64,000 nucleotides of DNA from an uncultured delta proteobacterium (GCA_963816145.1 CAWFJP010000014.1:672001-736000); one strand, 5' to 3'. Positions 21,178-33,242 are shown, counted from the stretch's first letter. The notes: generated by a model from the letters alone, not told the origin. Numbers and translations: made by a program.

Positions 21178-22539
21178 ATGCAACTCGTGAAAAGACATGG
21201 AACGCCATTGCTACTGATCGTACTTGGCATCGGCATCGGTTTTTTCCTCTCGGCCCAATGGGTGCCCAATGTATCGGCCGTCGGGCGGCAAGACTACGAG
21301 AGCCTGGAGGCGTTCAGCAACATTCTTTCCATAGTTAAGAAAAACTACGTCGAGGATGTCGAGACCAAAAACTTGGTCAGCGGCGCCATCAACGGCATGT
21401 TGAGTTCTCTCGATCCGCATAGCGCCTACTTGACGCCCGATCTTTACAAGGATTTGCAGAGCGATACCCAGGGACGTTTCGGCGGATTGGGCATTGAGAT
21501 CACCGTCAAGGGCGGCATTCTTACGGTCGTATCCCCCATCGAAGATACCCCGGCTTTCAAAGCTGGCATCCAGCCGGGCGATCAGATTTTCAAAATCGAA
21601 GACGAGTTTACCAAGGATATGTCGTTGGTTGACGCGGTAAAAAAGATGCGCGGTTTGAAGGGCACTAAAATCAATCTGACGATCCGGCGCGAAGGCGCCG
21701 CCGATTTGATCGATGTCTCGATGATTCGTGACGTCATTCGGGTACAGAGCGTGAAAAGCCGCACATTAGAACCTGGTTACGGCTATGTTCGCCTGGCGCA
21801 GTTTCAAGAACGCAGCGACCGGGATGTGCAGCGCGCTTTGGAAAAATTGGCGGCCGAGAAAAGCGGCCTCAAAGGACTGGTTCTCGATCTCCGCAACAAT
21901 CCCGGCGGTTTGTTGAATCAGGCGGTGCGGGTATCGGACCTGTTTCTTGACTCTGGCCTGATCGTTTACACCGACGGCCGCATCGAGTCGCAAAAGCAAA
22001 AGTTCTTCGCCCAAAAGGAAGGGACCTGGATGGATTTCCCACTGGTTGTTCTGGTCAACGGCGGCAGCGCCAGCGCTTCTGAGATTGTCGCCGGCGCGCT
22101 GCAAGATCACAAGCGGGCGGTGGTGCTTGGTACCAAGACTTTCGGCAAAGGGTCGGTGCAGACAATCTTGCCGTTGGATGATAATTCGGCGCTGCGGCTG
22201 ACCACGGCGCGCTATTTCACGCCCAAGGGCCGGTCGATTCAGGCCACTGGTATCGTTCCGGATATCGTGATCGAAAATATCGTACTCCAGGACGGCAAAC
22301 CGGACGAACGAAAACGGCCGAGTTTGCGTGAGGAGAACTTGCCGGGCCACCTGAACAACCCGCAGCAAGACTCGGCTAAAGAACAAGAGCAAATCGATCG
22401 CGAGCGGGAAAAGCAGATTCCGACCTCCGGGCCCACCGGGGACGAGACCATCGATAACGATCAGCAGCTCAAACGCGCTCTCGATCTGTTGAAGAGTTGG
22501 GATGTCTTCAAACAGGTGGTGCAGAAAAAGGCTGCGTAA
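21178..22539 (+). CDS. ctpA: S41 carboxyl-terminal processing protease
   Basis: LDPHS, GGLGIEI (PDZ), DLRNNPGG, SASASEIVAGALQD, TFGKGSVQ. Confidence 0.93.
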   Translation: MQLVKRHGTPLLLIVLGIGIGFFLSAQWVPNVSAVGRQDYESLEAFSNILSIVKKNYVEDVETKNLVSGAINGMLSSLDPHSAYLTPDLYKDLQSDTQGRFGGLGIEITVKGGILTVVSPIEDTPAFKAGIQPGDQIFKIEDEFTKDMSLVDAVKKMRGLKGTKINLTIRREGAADLIDVSMIRDVIRVQSVKSRTLEPGYGYVRLAQFQERSDRDVQRALEKLAAEKSGLKGLVLDLRNNPGGLLNQAVRVSDLFLDSGLIVYTDGRIESQKQKFFAQKEGTWMDFPLVVLVNGGSASASEIVAGALQDHKRAVVLGTKTFGKGSVQTILPLDDNSALRLTTARYFTPKGRSIQATGIVPDIVIENIVLQDGKPDERKRPSLREENLPGHLNNPQQDSAKEQEQIDREREKQIPTSGPTGDETIDNDQQLKRALDLLKSWDVFKQVVQKKAA

Positions 22540-22563
22540 CTTTTCGAACAAGACTGTCTGGAT

Positions 22564-22598
22564 AAAAAAGGCCTTCCTCTCGGAGGGCCTTTTTTTTT
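22564..22598 (+). terminator. Intrinsic terminator after ctpA (possibly bidirectional)
   Basis: aaaaaaggccttcc-tctc-ggagggcc followed by T9. Confidence 0.88.
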
Positions 22599-22617
22599 GT
22601 GTTACAGTCGCTGCATT

Positions 22618-23856
22618 ATGGCGCGTCCCACTGCCAAAGAAGTCGATCTTCCATTGTTCGCCGGCGAGTCCCCCAAGTTTCTGAGCGTGAGCGAACTCAA
22701 TGAGCGGATCAAAGGCACGCTGGAGTCTCGACTCGATGCGCTCTGGGTGCAGGGCGAAATCTCTAACTTTCGCATGCCGCCTTCGGGTCATTTCTATTTC
22801 ACACTCAAGGACGACAAAAGTCAGATCTCGGCGGTGATGTTTCGCCGCCAGGGGGGGATGCTGCGCTTCACGCCGGACAACGGCATGGCAGTGCTCTGTT
22901 TCGGCCGGGTGAGCCTCTACACGGTGCGCGGCGATTTGCAGCTTTACGTCGACGATATGGAGCCGCAAGGGCAGGGCGCGTTGGCGCTGGCCTTCGAGCA
23001 GCTGAAAAAAAAGCTTGCCGCTGAAGGATTGTTTGGCAGCGAAAGAAAGCGCGAGCTGCCGTTCCTGCCCCATTCCATCGGCATCGTCACCTCCGGTAAA
23101 GGCGCCGCATTGCATGACATGCTGCGTATCATCGGCGACCGCTATCCCGACCGGCGCATCGTCGTTTGTCCTGTAAAGGTCCAAGGCGATGGGGCGGCGC
23201 GGGAGATCACTGACGGTATTGACGGTCTCAATCGCTTCGGTGCCGTCGATGTGATCATCGTCGGCCGCGGGGGCGGCTCGTTGGAAGATCTCTGGGCATT
23301 CAACGAGGAAGTCGTCGCCCGGGCGATCTTTGCCTCGCGAGTTCCGGTGGTCTCGGCGGTCGGCCATGAGATCGATTTTACCATCGCTGATTTCGTCGCC
23401 GACGCGCGCGCGCCGACGCCCACCGCGGCGGCCGAAATGGTCGTGCCGCGCAAGCGCGACCTCGCCGAGCAAATTGAAAATTTACAAAGCCGCTTGGCGA
23501 GCGGGATGGAGTTCAAACTCGACCAGCTGCGCGATTCCTTTCAGGGCCTGGTCAAGCGCTTGTCCGACCCCGGCCGCAAGCTGCGCGAGAATCAGCAGCG
23601 TGTCGATGAGTTGTCCGTCGACCTCTTGCGCCGTTTTCAAGAGCGCTTGCGCCAGTTGAAAGACCGCCTGGCCGAACGCGCTGGGCGCTTGGGCGCCCTC
23701 AGTCCTTTGGCGGTGCTAGATCGCGGCTATAGCATTACCCACAAGTTGCCCGAGGAGCTGATTGTCAAGAGTTCGGCGGAATTACAGGTTGGCGATCTGC
23801 TGCGTGTCCGCTTTGCCCAAGGCAAGGCCTTGTGCCGGGTGGAGGAGAAGGAGTGA
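22618..23856 (+). CDS. xseA: Exodeoxyribonuclease VII large subunit
   Basis: GEISNF..SGHFYFTLKD, RGGGSLEDLWAFNEE, SAVGHEIDFT, APTPTAAAE. Confidence 0.96.
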   Translation: MARPTAKEVDLPLFAGESPKFLSVSELNERIKGTLESRLDALWVQGEISNFRMPPSGHFYFTLKDDKSQISAVMFRRQGGMLRFTPDNGMAVLCFGRVSLYTVRGDLQLYVDDMEPQGQGALALAFEQLKKKLAAEGLFGSERKRELPFLPHSIGIVTSGKGAALHDMLRIIGDRYPDRRIVVCPVKVQGDGAAREITDGIDGLNRFGAVDVIIVGRGGGSLEDLWAFNEEVVARAIFASRVPVVSAVGHEIDFTIADFVADARAPTPTAAAEMVVPRKRDLAEQIENLQSRLASGMEFKLDQLRDSFQGLVKRLSDPGRKLRENQQRVDELSVDLLRRFQERLRQLKDRLAERAGRLGALSPLAVLDRGYSITHKLPEELIVKSSAELQVGDLLRVRFAQGKALCRVEEKE

Positions 23857-23857
23857 A

Positions 23858-24778
23858 ATGAGCGCGCGGGCTTTTTGCGTTCTTATTTCCCTCCTGAGTC
23901 TCTTGGTAGCGCAGCCGTTTGCTGCCGCTGGAACAAAAATTATTTGGCCCAAGCCGTTGGAGGCCTTTCAAGGCGACCTCGTGGAAGTGCGGGTCGGCGG
24001 TGAAGATTTGCTCGAAGTCGATGGACTCTTGGGCAAGGAGAGGATTTACTTTCGATCGAGTCAAAACGGTTTTTATACGGCACTGGTGGGTGTCGATGTC
24101 GAAGCCAAGCCGGCAACGGTGAAATTAATTTTGAAGGCGACCACCTCCGGCGGCGAGCAACGTCAGAGCGTGATTCCTCTCAAAATTAAAGCCAAGGCGT
24201 TCCATAAGGAATCTTTCAATGTCCCGCCGAGCTTCGATGAGATGAGTCCGGAAGCGCTCGCCGAAATCCGCCGCGAACAGGCGGCGTTCGCTCGATCCTT
24301 CGCCAACACGGCCGCGGAACGGTTTTGGACCCTGCCGTTCCTTCGGCCCGTCCCTCAGGAGGCGTCGGCGTCAGCCTTCGGTTCACGGCGCGTCGTCAAC
24401 GGCGTGCCACGAGCGCCGCATACCGGGACCGATCTGTCTGCGCCGGCGGGAACCGAGGTGGTCGCCACCAACCATGGCAAAGTGGTGTTGGTTGGCAAAT
24501 ACTTCTTCGCCGGCGGCAGCGTGGTCATTGATCACGGCGGCGGCTTGTACTCGATGTATTTTCATCTGTCGGAAGTCAAAGTCGAAGAGGGCAAGATGGT
24601 GCGGCGCGGCGATGTGCTAGCGCTCTCGGGCGGCACGGGGCGGGTCACGGGGCCACATCTCCATTGGGGCGTGCGTCTTAATAACAGCCGTGTCGATCCG
24701 CTCGATTTATTGCGCAAGTTTTCCTATCAAACGGATGCCGGCGAAGCCGACAAAGCTTTGCTGAAAGCGGAGGAGTGA
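23858..24778 (+). CDS. M23 family metallopeptidase
   Basis: Signal peptide, HTGTD, IDHG, YFHLS, TGPHLHW. Confidence 0.9.
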   Translation: MSARAFCVLISLLSLLVAQPFAAAGTKIIWPKPLEAFQGDLVEVRVGGEDLLEVDGLLGKERIYFRSSQNGFYTALVGVDVEAKPATVKLILKATTSGGEQRQSVIPLKIKAKAFHKESFNVPPSFDEMSPEALAEIRREQAAFARSFANTAAERFWTLPFLRPVPQEASASAFGSRRVVNGVPRAPHTGTDLSAPAGTEVVATNHGKVVLVGKYFFAGGSVVIDHGGGLYSMYFHLSEVKVEEGKMVRRGDVLALSGGTGRVTGPHLHWGVRLNNSRVDPLDLLRKFSYQTDAGEADKALLKAEE

Positions 24779-24779
24779 C

Positions 24780-25037
24780 ATGGCAAAAAAAGAATCTACG
24801 CAAAAGAATTTTGAAAGCGCTTTGGAGGAGTTGGAAGAGGTCGTCGAACAGCTCGAATCCGGTGATCTGCCGCTGGACGATTCGCTGGCGGCTTTCGAAA
24901 AGGGCGTCGGCCTGGTGAAGTTCTGCAATCACAAGCTCAATGAAGTGGAAAAAAAGGTTGAGCTTCTAATCAAGGACAAAGAAGGCAAGCTGCAACTCAA
25001 ATCTCTCCACGATCTACCCGAAGACGATGCCGAGTAG
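24780..25037 (+). CDS. xseB: Exodeoxyribonuclease VII small subunit
   Basis: FESALEELEEVVEQLESGDLPLDDSLAAFEKGV. Confidence 0.96.
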   Translation: MAKKESTQKNFESALEELEEVVEQLESGDLPLDDSLAAFEKGVGLVKFCNHKLNEVEKKVELLIKDKEGKLQLKSLHDLPEDDAE

Positions 25038-25054
25038 CCGGGTTTTTTCCCGCC

Positions 25055-25765
25055 TCAGTTCTCCGCCTGCAGGCCGGAAAGCCGTTTCACGGTGTCCGCC
25101 ACTAAGTCGATAAAGCATTGTCGCGACGGGAAGTCGCGCCGATAGATCGGTGCGCCGAAGCTGATATGGGCCACCCAGGTCGATCCAGTGTCATATCGTA
25201 TGCCTGTCGGGATGATCGGGATCGTTTGATGCATCACTTTCTCGGCGCTTTCGGCGACGGCCGCGAATCCCGGCTTGAATGGGAGAAATTCGTCGGCGTG
25301 GGTTTTGGGGGTAAACACCGGATCGATGTACGGAAACCCCTCGGGGAAAATGACCAACAGACGATTTTCTTCGAGAAGTTTGACCGACTGGCGCAGGGCG
25401 GCCAATTGGTAGCGGCGCAGATCGCTAGCTGTGTAAAGTCGGTTCTCTTTCGGGGAGTTTTCGATTGCCTCTTCGCGTAACACCATCGGCCAGCGCGCCA
25501 GGGTGTTGAGGCTGCTCATGAAAAATCTTGTGCGCCGGTTTCGCGCCCAATCCAGCGTCACAATGATATGAAACCGGCGTTCGACCGCGGCAAAAAAAGC
25601 CAGGCCGTCGAACAGATGGTGATAGTGGCGCGCGACAATGATCCCCGGACCCTGCGGCGGCAGATGTTGCAGTCCTTGAGCAACCGTTTTCAAGCGCTTG
25701 CCGGTGAGGATGCGCGCGATCAGGTGCATCGCTCGGTCAACGGCAAAATCGGCAATCGGGTTCAC
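25055..25765 (-). CDS. PlsC-like acyltransferase, probable carotenoid-glycoside acyltransferase (CruD-like role)
   Basis: HxxxxD (HYHHLFD), IFPEG, FKPGF, PIIP; coupled to the glycosyltransferase in the crt block. Confidence 0.75.
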   Translation of the reverse strand: MNPIADFAVDRAMHLIARILTGKRLKTVAQGLQHLPPQGPGIIVARHYHHLFDGLAFFAAVERRFHIIVTLDWARNRRTRFFMSSLNTLARWPMVLREEAIENSPKENRLYTASDLRRYQLAALRQSVKLLEENRLLVIFPEGFPYIDPVFTPKTHADEFLPFKPGFAAVAESAEKVMHQTIPIIPTGIRYDTGSTWVAHISFGAPIYRRDFPSRQCFIDLVADTVKRLSGLQAEN

Positions 25766-25780
25766 AGATTTTTTAGCTCG

Positions 25781-26950
25781 CTACTTGACGTCGCCGATGG
25801 GCTTGAAGACGCCGCCTTTGCCGCGGCGGTAGGTTCGGCCGCGCCAGCTATGATGGCGCCGCAAGGCGAATTGAATGATGCGCAAAACCGCCGGCAGATC
25901 GGCCAACGGCGAAAGCCAGAAGGTCCAGGGCCGGTCGGGGTAGGCGCGGGCGACGCCGAAGAGGACGCCGACTCGGATCATCAATAAAACTCCGGCAAAT
26001 ACTAAAATCGGCAACGGTAATCGAAAGAGCGCGCCAAGAATTACCGCCGGTAAAGGTAAGGCCTGGGCGATGAGGATGCCGAACAATGACATCGCCTCGC
26101 GCCAGCCGAAGTACTGGTCCCGCATGGGCAGAGAACGGGGCCAATTGTTCCAGTTCTCGCGCCAGCTGCCGTACATGTTGACTTCGACAAGTGCGTCGGA
26201 TTCATAAAAGCCGATCTGTTCGCCGCATTCGGCGAGACGGCGCACGATGGTGATGTCTTCGCATAGTGAGGTTTGCGCGGCCTGGAAAGCCGCCGTTCGC
26301 AGCAAGGTCTGGCGAGGCGCAAAAAAACATTGTCCGTTGGCTTGAACGCGGTGGCGATTCTTCGTCGCTCTGCCGGGCGCACCGAAGCGGTAGATCAATG
26401 TGGTCAACATCGCCGGATGAAGCAGCGCTTCGAGATTGCCTGACAGCCGTTGTCCGGTCGCCACGGAAAATATCCTGACCCCGCTTCTTTGAGCGTGGTG
26501 CAGCAGCGAGCGCACTAGCAGCGGTTGGACCATGACATCGGCGTCGACGCAGAGTATCCAATTGCTGGCGGTTGACGCACTTTGCAAACCCCAGTGCAGT
26601 CCCCAGGCTTTTCCCGTCCAACTGGGGTCCACCGGACTGGCGTCGATCAATCTTACGCGTTCATCCACTGCATGATGACGCTGCACGATGGCTTGAGTGC
26701 CGTCGTCGGAGCCGCCATCGATGACCAAAATTTCCTTTACTTCTTCAGGCTGCTGGCATAAAGCCGCAAGGCAGGCATCGATCCGGCCGGCCTCGTTCAG
26801 TACCGGCAAGAGCACCGTGACGCGCTCGCTGGAAGGAATCGAGGAAACCTCGATGCGCAATTTAGTTTTGCCCAGGCCGAACAAGGATTGCCGTTCTTTC
26901 CAGCTGCCGCCGGTGGTTTCAAGATCTGCCGGCGGATAGCAAGGTTTCAC
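25781..26950 (-). CDS. GT2 glycosyltransferase, probable carotenoid glycosyltransferase (CruC-like role)
   Basis: LPVLNEA, DGGSDDGT, WTGKAW, DAD, ANGQC, EDI, C-terminal TMs ending in WRGR. Confidence 0.82.
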   Translation of the reverse strand: MKPCYPPADLETTGGSWKERQSLFGLGKTKLRIEVSSIPSSERVTVLLPVLNEAGRIDACLAALCQQPEEVKEILVIDGGSDDGTQAIVQRHHAVDERVRLIDASPVDPSWTGKAWGLHWGLQSASTASNWILCVDADVMVQPLLVRSLLHHAQRSGVRIFSVATGQRLSGNLEALLHPAMLTTLIYRFGAPGRATKNRHRVQANGQCFFAPRQTLLRTAAFQAAQTSLCEDITIVRRLAECGEQIGFYESDALVEVNMYGSWRENWNNWPRSLPMRDQYFGWREAMSLFGILIAQALPLPAVILGALFRLPLPILVFAGVLLMIRVGVLFGVARAYPDRPWTFWLSPLADLPAVLRIIQFALRRHHSWRGRTYRRGKGGVFKPIGDVK

Positions 26951-27971
26951 AGCTGCTAACGCCCGAGACCTGGGTCAGAACAAAGCGGCTTTCCTTTGGG
27001 TCGGGTTCGACCTCGGCCGATTGGTTCAAGAACCCCGGCCACGCGCCGAGCACCCGTTGTTCGAAGAGTTGAGTGTCTATGCTGCCTTCGATTCTCCCCG
27101 GTTGAACAACGCGGCCATTGAGGATCGAGTGGCCGCGTTGGACGACATAGAATTCGCCGTCGGGAAGCAGCGGGATGGAAATCTTGAGTGTCGCGGCCGG
27201 CTTGCCGTCGCCGTCCCAGTCGTATACTGCCGGATCATCGATCTTCGTGGGTAGGGCGGTCTCGTTACCGCTTGATTTGTAGCCAATCCGTTCAACACCG
27301 AGGTCGGCGCGATAGCGCCAGCCCTGCGCGTCTTTATCGAATTGCAGCGGATAGGTGTGCCGTGCCAGCGCCGCGACAAACTTGTCGGGAAAGATCATCT
27401 TGATAAACTTGGAATCGTCGAGCACGCGAAAGTCGCAGGTCTTATGTGTTTGGATCAGCGCCGCGCCGTCGCGTTTGATCTCAACCAGAGAGACTGACTT
27501 GGAGGCCGACTTCGATGTGCCGAAGACCGGCACCCGGGTTGTCGACGCCATGATCATTTCAAGGCGGTAGAAGCCGGCAGGAAGTATCTGATCTTCCTGG
27601 CTGCGAGCAAGATTCGCGACTAGACCAAAACAGATGACCACTGCCGAGATCCCGAGCGTCCGGTATCTCGGCCGGTTGCTGCGATTGCTTTGATGTACAT
27701 TAAAGCAGAGGAATTCAAGTTTTTGCATTTGATCCCACCAAAATCGATCGTAAAGGGCTAATTGCTTCGCTTTAGAACCTAGTGTCGCTGGACGGGTTTT
27801 TCTTGGCCTGCAATCATTCCTATGTTTAGCAGCTTTTTCCGTTGATTCCATGAGTCGAACGCGAGGGAGTCCGGATTGGTTAGGGTTTGCTCGCGAATCG
27901 TTTCGGCAAAGACTAAGAAGGCAGTCTTTGATCTGCGTCCCAAGCACTACTTTCCGGGTCGACGAGGTCAT
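26919..27971 (-). CDS. Hypothetical exported protein (true start probably downstream of 27971)
   Basis: Signal-like segment RTLGISAVVICFGLVANLARS, then a beta-rich domain with a DWDGDGKP Ca-binding-like loop. Confidence 0.6.
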   Translation of the reverse strand: MTSSTRKVVLGTQIKDCLLSLCRNDSRANPNQSGLPRVRLMESTEKAAKHRNDCRPRKTRPATLGSKAKQLALYDRFWWDQMQKLEFLCFNVHQSNRSNRPRYRTLGISAVVICFGLVANLARSQEDQILPAGFYRLEMIMASTTRVPVFGTSKSASKSVSLVEIKRDGAALIQTHKTCDFRVLDDSKFIKMIFPDKFVAALARHTYPLQFDKDAQGWRYRADLGVERIGYKSSGNETALPTKIDDPAVYDWDGDGKPAATLKISIPLLPDGEFYVVQRGHSILNGRVVQPGRIEGSIDTQLFEQRVLGAWPGFLNQSAEVEPDPKESRFVLTQVSGVSSCETLLSAGRS

Positions 27972-28720
27972 GCCCGGCGAAAACTTCGTGATATTGGACT
28001 CCGCGGTTATGCAAGCGGTTTAGTAGGCGAGCCGTGCATACGGAACGAACGACTTTGTCCCGGTTGCCTTGAATCAGCAAGGTTGGGACATCGATCTTCG
28101 CCGCCCGCTCAAACGCGCTGCGTCCGAGCTGACGAACTTGCGCAATCGAGGCCAACGACACAGTGGTCTGGCGCAGCGCCTGCTGGATGTGCGGATTGTC
28201 AAGGTCGATGTTGGTATACATCCTGAGGAGAGCGCGGCGGACATCCAGAGCCGAGAAATCAGCGTGACTGAGCGGTTTGATGCGGCGAACGAGTAAATTG
28301 ATCAGCGGCCATAAGATCCTCAACCAGCCTTCGCCGAAACTCCAAAATGGCGCGAGTAAAACCAGACCTGTCGGCGGCTGCTCCAACGCCGTGTGCAATG
28401 CCAAGGCGCCGCCCATGGAGTAGCCGATCAAAAGGACCACTGCGTGCTGCTGCTTCAGTTCTTCCATGGCGTTGATTTGCCGCGGCGGACCAGTCCAGAA
28501 CGCTCCGTTGTTCGAGCGTCGCGATGTCCGCGCCCAAGCCCGGAAGCATTAACCCGTGCACGGTCCAGCCTGCGTCTCTCAGAACCATTCCGAGCGGACG
28601 CATTTCCGCCGGCGTCCCAGGAAAGCCGTGCAAGAGCAGAGCGGCATGATCGCCCGCTTGCCAGCGAAAGGATCTATCTTCAATGCTATCGAATGGTTTT
28701 GGCAGTATCGCTTGGGTCAT
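27913..28720 (-). CDS. Alpha/beta hydrolase (carboxylesterase), frameshifted near 28475 and probably near 27940
   Basis: LLHGFPGTP in ORF 28259-28720. GYSMGG, QGNRD and GH in ORF 27913-28467. Confidence 0.8.
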
Positions 28721-28896
28721 GATTTAAATGCTGGCTTTGGCTTCTTTGTAGAACGTAGCGGAAATTGCCGGCGCGTGGAACTCGCCAAAGTTGTCCTGCG
28801 CAACTGGGTTTTGCGACGCTTTGACTATATAACGGACCGCGCACATTGATAATCGGTAACAGTTGAAAGAAAACAGCACTACCCTATAGCTCATCA

Positions 28897-30344
28897 ATGG
28901 ATCATAAAAATCTTATCCTATTGACTGGCGGCACCGGATACGTCGGCGGCAGGCTGCTGCAAGCGTTGGAAAATAGCGGCTATCTCGTGCGCTGCATCGC
29001 CCGGCGACCGCAAGCGTTGCGCGGGCGGGCGGGCGTAAATACCGAAGTCGTCTTTGGCGACTGTTTCCAGCCCGAATCTCTCAGTGCCGCGATGGCCGGC
29101 GTGCACACGGCATATTACTTGGTTCATTCCATGGGTTCCACCGAATCGTTCGAAACAAAGGATCGCCAAGCCGCCAACAATTTTGCCCAAGCCGCGCACC
29201 GCGCTAAAGTGCAGCGCATCATTTACCTTGGCGGTTTGGGTGAAGGCGCGCTGTCGCCGCATTTAAGAAGCCGTCAGGAAGTTGGCAAAGCTTTAGCGAG
29301 CACGGGCGTGGAGGTCATCGAGTTCCGCGCTTCGATTGTCATCGGTTCCGGAAGTCTTTCTTTTGAAATAATCCGGGCTCTGGTTGAGCGGTTGCCGGTG
29401 ATGATTTGCCCGGCTTGGGTTTCAATGGCGGCGCAACCGATCGGCATCGAAGATCTGGTTCGTTATCTCGTTGAAGCCTTGGATCTTCCGAAAGGCGCTC
29501 CTCCCATTATCGAAGTCGGTGGCGCGGATAGGGTTTCCTACGAAGATATCATGCGCGAATATGCCAGGCAGCGAAATCTTCGCAGGTTGATGATTTCGGT
29601 GCCGGTGTTGACGCCGCGGTTGTCGAGTCTTTGGCTCGGTCTCGTCACGCCTGTTTACGCGCGTATCGGTCGCAAATTAGTCGACAGCATCCGCAATCCC
29701 ACGGTGGTGCGAGATCCCATTGCGCTCACTCTATTCTCGGTCCGACCGCAAGGAGTTCGCGAAATAATCGCCCGAGCGATCGTCAATGAAGATCGCGAAT
29801 TCGCCGCCACCAAGTGGTCCGACGCCTTGTCTTCCCGCGGCGAGGAGTCCGGTTGGGGCGGCGTGCGCTTTGGCAATCGGATTGTCGATTCTCGGGAAGT
29901 GTCAGTGAATTGTTCTGCGGAACAGGCATTTCGACCGATTCGCCGCATCGGCGGCGCAACCGGCTGGTATTACGGCGATTGGCTATGGCAAGTGCGGGGC
30001 TTTTTGGATTTGTTGTGCGGCGGTGTTGGCGTTCGCCGGGGACGGCGTGACCCCGAACAGCTTCAGGTTGGCGATACCTTGGACTTTTGGCGTGTCGAGG
30101 CTTTTGAGCATAATAAAAGACTCCTGCTCGCCGCCGAAATGAAGCTTCCCGGCCGAGCCTGGCTGGAATTTGCCGTTGCAGGCCAAGGGAAGAACTCGTT
30201 GATTCGCCAAACCGCGATCTTCGATCCCATCGGTGTTGCCGGATTGATGTATTGGTATGTTTTGTATCCGGTGCACAAGTTGATGTTCGGGAAGATGCTG
30301 CACGCCCTCGCCGCGGCGTGCCAGGACGACAAAGTCAGAGTCGA

Positions 30345-30348
<4 letters not shown>
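28897..30348 (+). CDS. YbjT-like SDR oxidoreductase with DUF2867 domain
   Basis: TGGTGYVG, AYYLVHSM, SPHLRSR, IGSGSLSFE, LDFWRV, AEMKLPGRAWLEF. Confidence 0.9.
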
Positions 30349-31736
<1,388 letters not shown>

Positions 31737-31741
31737 GAACT

Positions 31742-32233
31742 CTAGGTGCCGGTTGGCCGTGACCGCCTGAGCTGCGCCGGATTGAACCGTGCTTCGAGAA
31801 TTTTGTGGCGATAGTCAAAGATGCGCGCGATATCCGGAGCGACCAAAAGTCGTTGCACGAGTGTGCCGCCGGGCACCGCATATTCAACGTTGTCGCCGAC
31901 CAAAGTACCGCCGTTTCGGATTGCGAAGGTGTGCTCGTGTACCCAAAGCGAATAGGGTCCTTTGATTTGCCGATCGACAAAACGACGGGGCGGTTCCCAG
32001 ACACTGATCTCGCTTTGCCAGCGGATCGGCACGCCGTGCAGGCGCAAGCGGTAGTCGAGAAGCGTTCCCTTGCCCATCGCGGTATCGGCCGGTGACAAGA
32101 TCTTGAACTGCAGCCAAGCCGGCGTCAGGGTGTCGAGATTTTGCGGGTCGGCGAAAAACTGAAAGATTTCGTCGCGGCTTTGCGGCAGCCATAGCTCAGT
32201 GCGCAGCCAGAAAGTTTTCATATCGTGCTTCAA
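31742..32233 (-). CDS. SRPBCC family ligand-binding protein
   Basis: FFADPQNL..LTP, W.SEI, FVDRQIKGPY..W.HEH.F, IFDYR. Confidence 0.88.
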   Translation of the reverse strand: MKHDMKTFWLRTELWLPQSRDEIFQFFADPQNLDTLTPAWLQFKILSPADTAMGKGTLLDYRLRLHGVPIRWQSEISVWEPPRRFVDRQIKGPYSLWVHEHTFAIRNGGTLVGDNVEYAVPGGTLVQRLLVAPDIARIFDYRHKILEARFNPAQLRRSRPTGT

Positions 32234-32236
32234 GAT

Positions 32237-33199
32237 TCAGACATGGTTACGCAGCATGAGTTCTTTGGGGCTAGGCTCGAGGTAGACTTGTCCTTCGAGG
32301 TAACCGACATGGTATTTCTGGGTGTAGTGGCGGATTAAAGTGATCGGCACGATCAACGGAATGAGTTGGCGGTGGTAGTCGTGAATTACGCCGAGCAATT
32401 CCTGGCGCTCCGGCGCCGACAATTCTTTAGAGAAGTAACCCATCATATGATCGAGCACGTTGGTGTGTGTCTTGGCGGTGGCATGGTGCGCCAATCCCTC
32501 CATGAAGAGCCGACCGTAATCATCGTAGGCTTGTGCCAATGAACTCTTGTTCGCCTTGGCAACGATCCGGCCTAACTGCCGGTAGTGGCGTTCGCTGTGG
32601 GCAAGCAAAAAAAACTTGTGGCGGGTGTGAAACTCGATCAAGGCGTTAACCGAGCGGGGCGCCGCCAGGGCGTCCTGCCAGCGTCGGTAGGCAAACACGC
32701 GCTCGATAAAGTTTTCCCGCAGTGCAAGATCATTCAAACGTCCCTCTTCTTCGACCGGCAGGAGTGGCAAGCGCTCCATGACGGCGGCGGCAAACAAGCC
32801 GCGGCCAAGGCGCGAAGGAGGGGCTCCATGGCTGTAAAGCTTCACCCGTTCCATACCGCAACTTGGCGAACTCTTTTTGAAGATATAGCCGGATAACTCC
32901 TGCCCGGCTAACTGGGAGATCCGTTTGGCGGAAAATCGCTGCATCTCCGCGGTCCAGTCTCGGCCCGATTTTTCCGCGATCATTTTGGCATGATCCGGTG
33001 TGCCGACTAAGCGCACGGTTTCGCGCGGCACGCCCATGCCTACTTCCATTTCAGGACAAACCGCCACCCAATCGACGAACTTACCGAAAAGATCGGTCAG
33101 GAAGCGATCCCGTTTGTGGCCGCCATCGAAACGAACTTTTTCGCCCAGTAGGCATGCGCTGATACCGATCATTGGTTTTAGTTGTGGGGTTTTTGTCAT
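32237..33199 (-). CDS. DUF523 (thiouracil desulfurase-like) + DUF1722 (YbgA) protein
   Basis: IGISACLLGEKVRFDGGH, CPEMEVGMGVPRE, KSSPSCG, FHTRHK, ELMLRNHV; this family often lies next to photolyases. Confidence 0.92.
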   Translation of the reverse strand: MTKTPQLKPMIGISACLLGEKVRFDGGHKRDRFLTDLFGKFVDWVAVCPEMEVGMGVPRETVRLVGTPDHAKMIAEKSGRDWTAEMQRFSAKRISQLAGQELSGYIFKKSSPSCGMERVKLYSHGAPPSRLGRGLFAAAVMERLPLLPVEEEGRLNDLALRENFIERVFAYRRWQDALAAPRSVNALIEFHTRHKFFLLAHSERHYRQLGRIVAKANKSSLAQAYDDYGRLFMEGLAHHATAKTHTNVLDHMMGYFSKELSAPERQELLGVIHDYHRQLIPLIVPITLIRHYTQKYHVGYLEGQVYLEPSPKELMLRNHV

Positions 33200-33205
33200 G
33201 GCAAT

Positions 33206-33242
33206 GTTGACTATTGATAACATTTTAGATAATAGAGTCAAC
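33206..33242. promoter_or_regulatory. AT-rich divergent promoter with an inverted repeat (candidate operator)
   Basis: gttgact(33206-33212)...agtcaac(33236-33242) gives a TTGACT -35-like hexamer on each strand. Confidence 0.5.

Noticed and set aside
21766-23472. 568-aa minus-strand ORF and similar long antisense ORFs (e.g. 50806-52098)
   Set aside because: Shadow frames of ctpA/xseA and rpoD caused by GC-rich codon bias.
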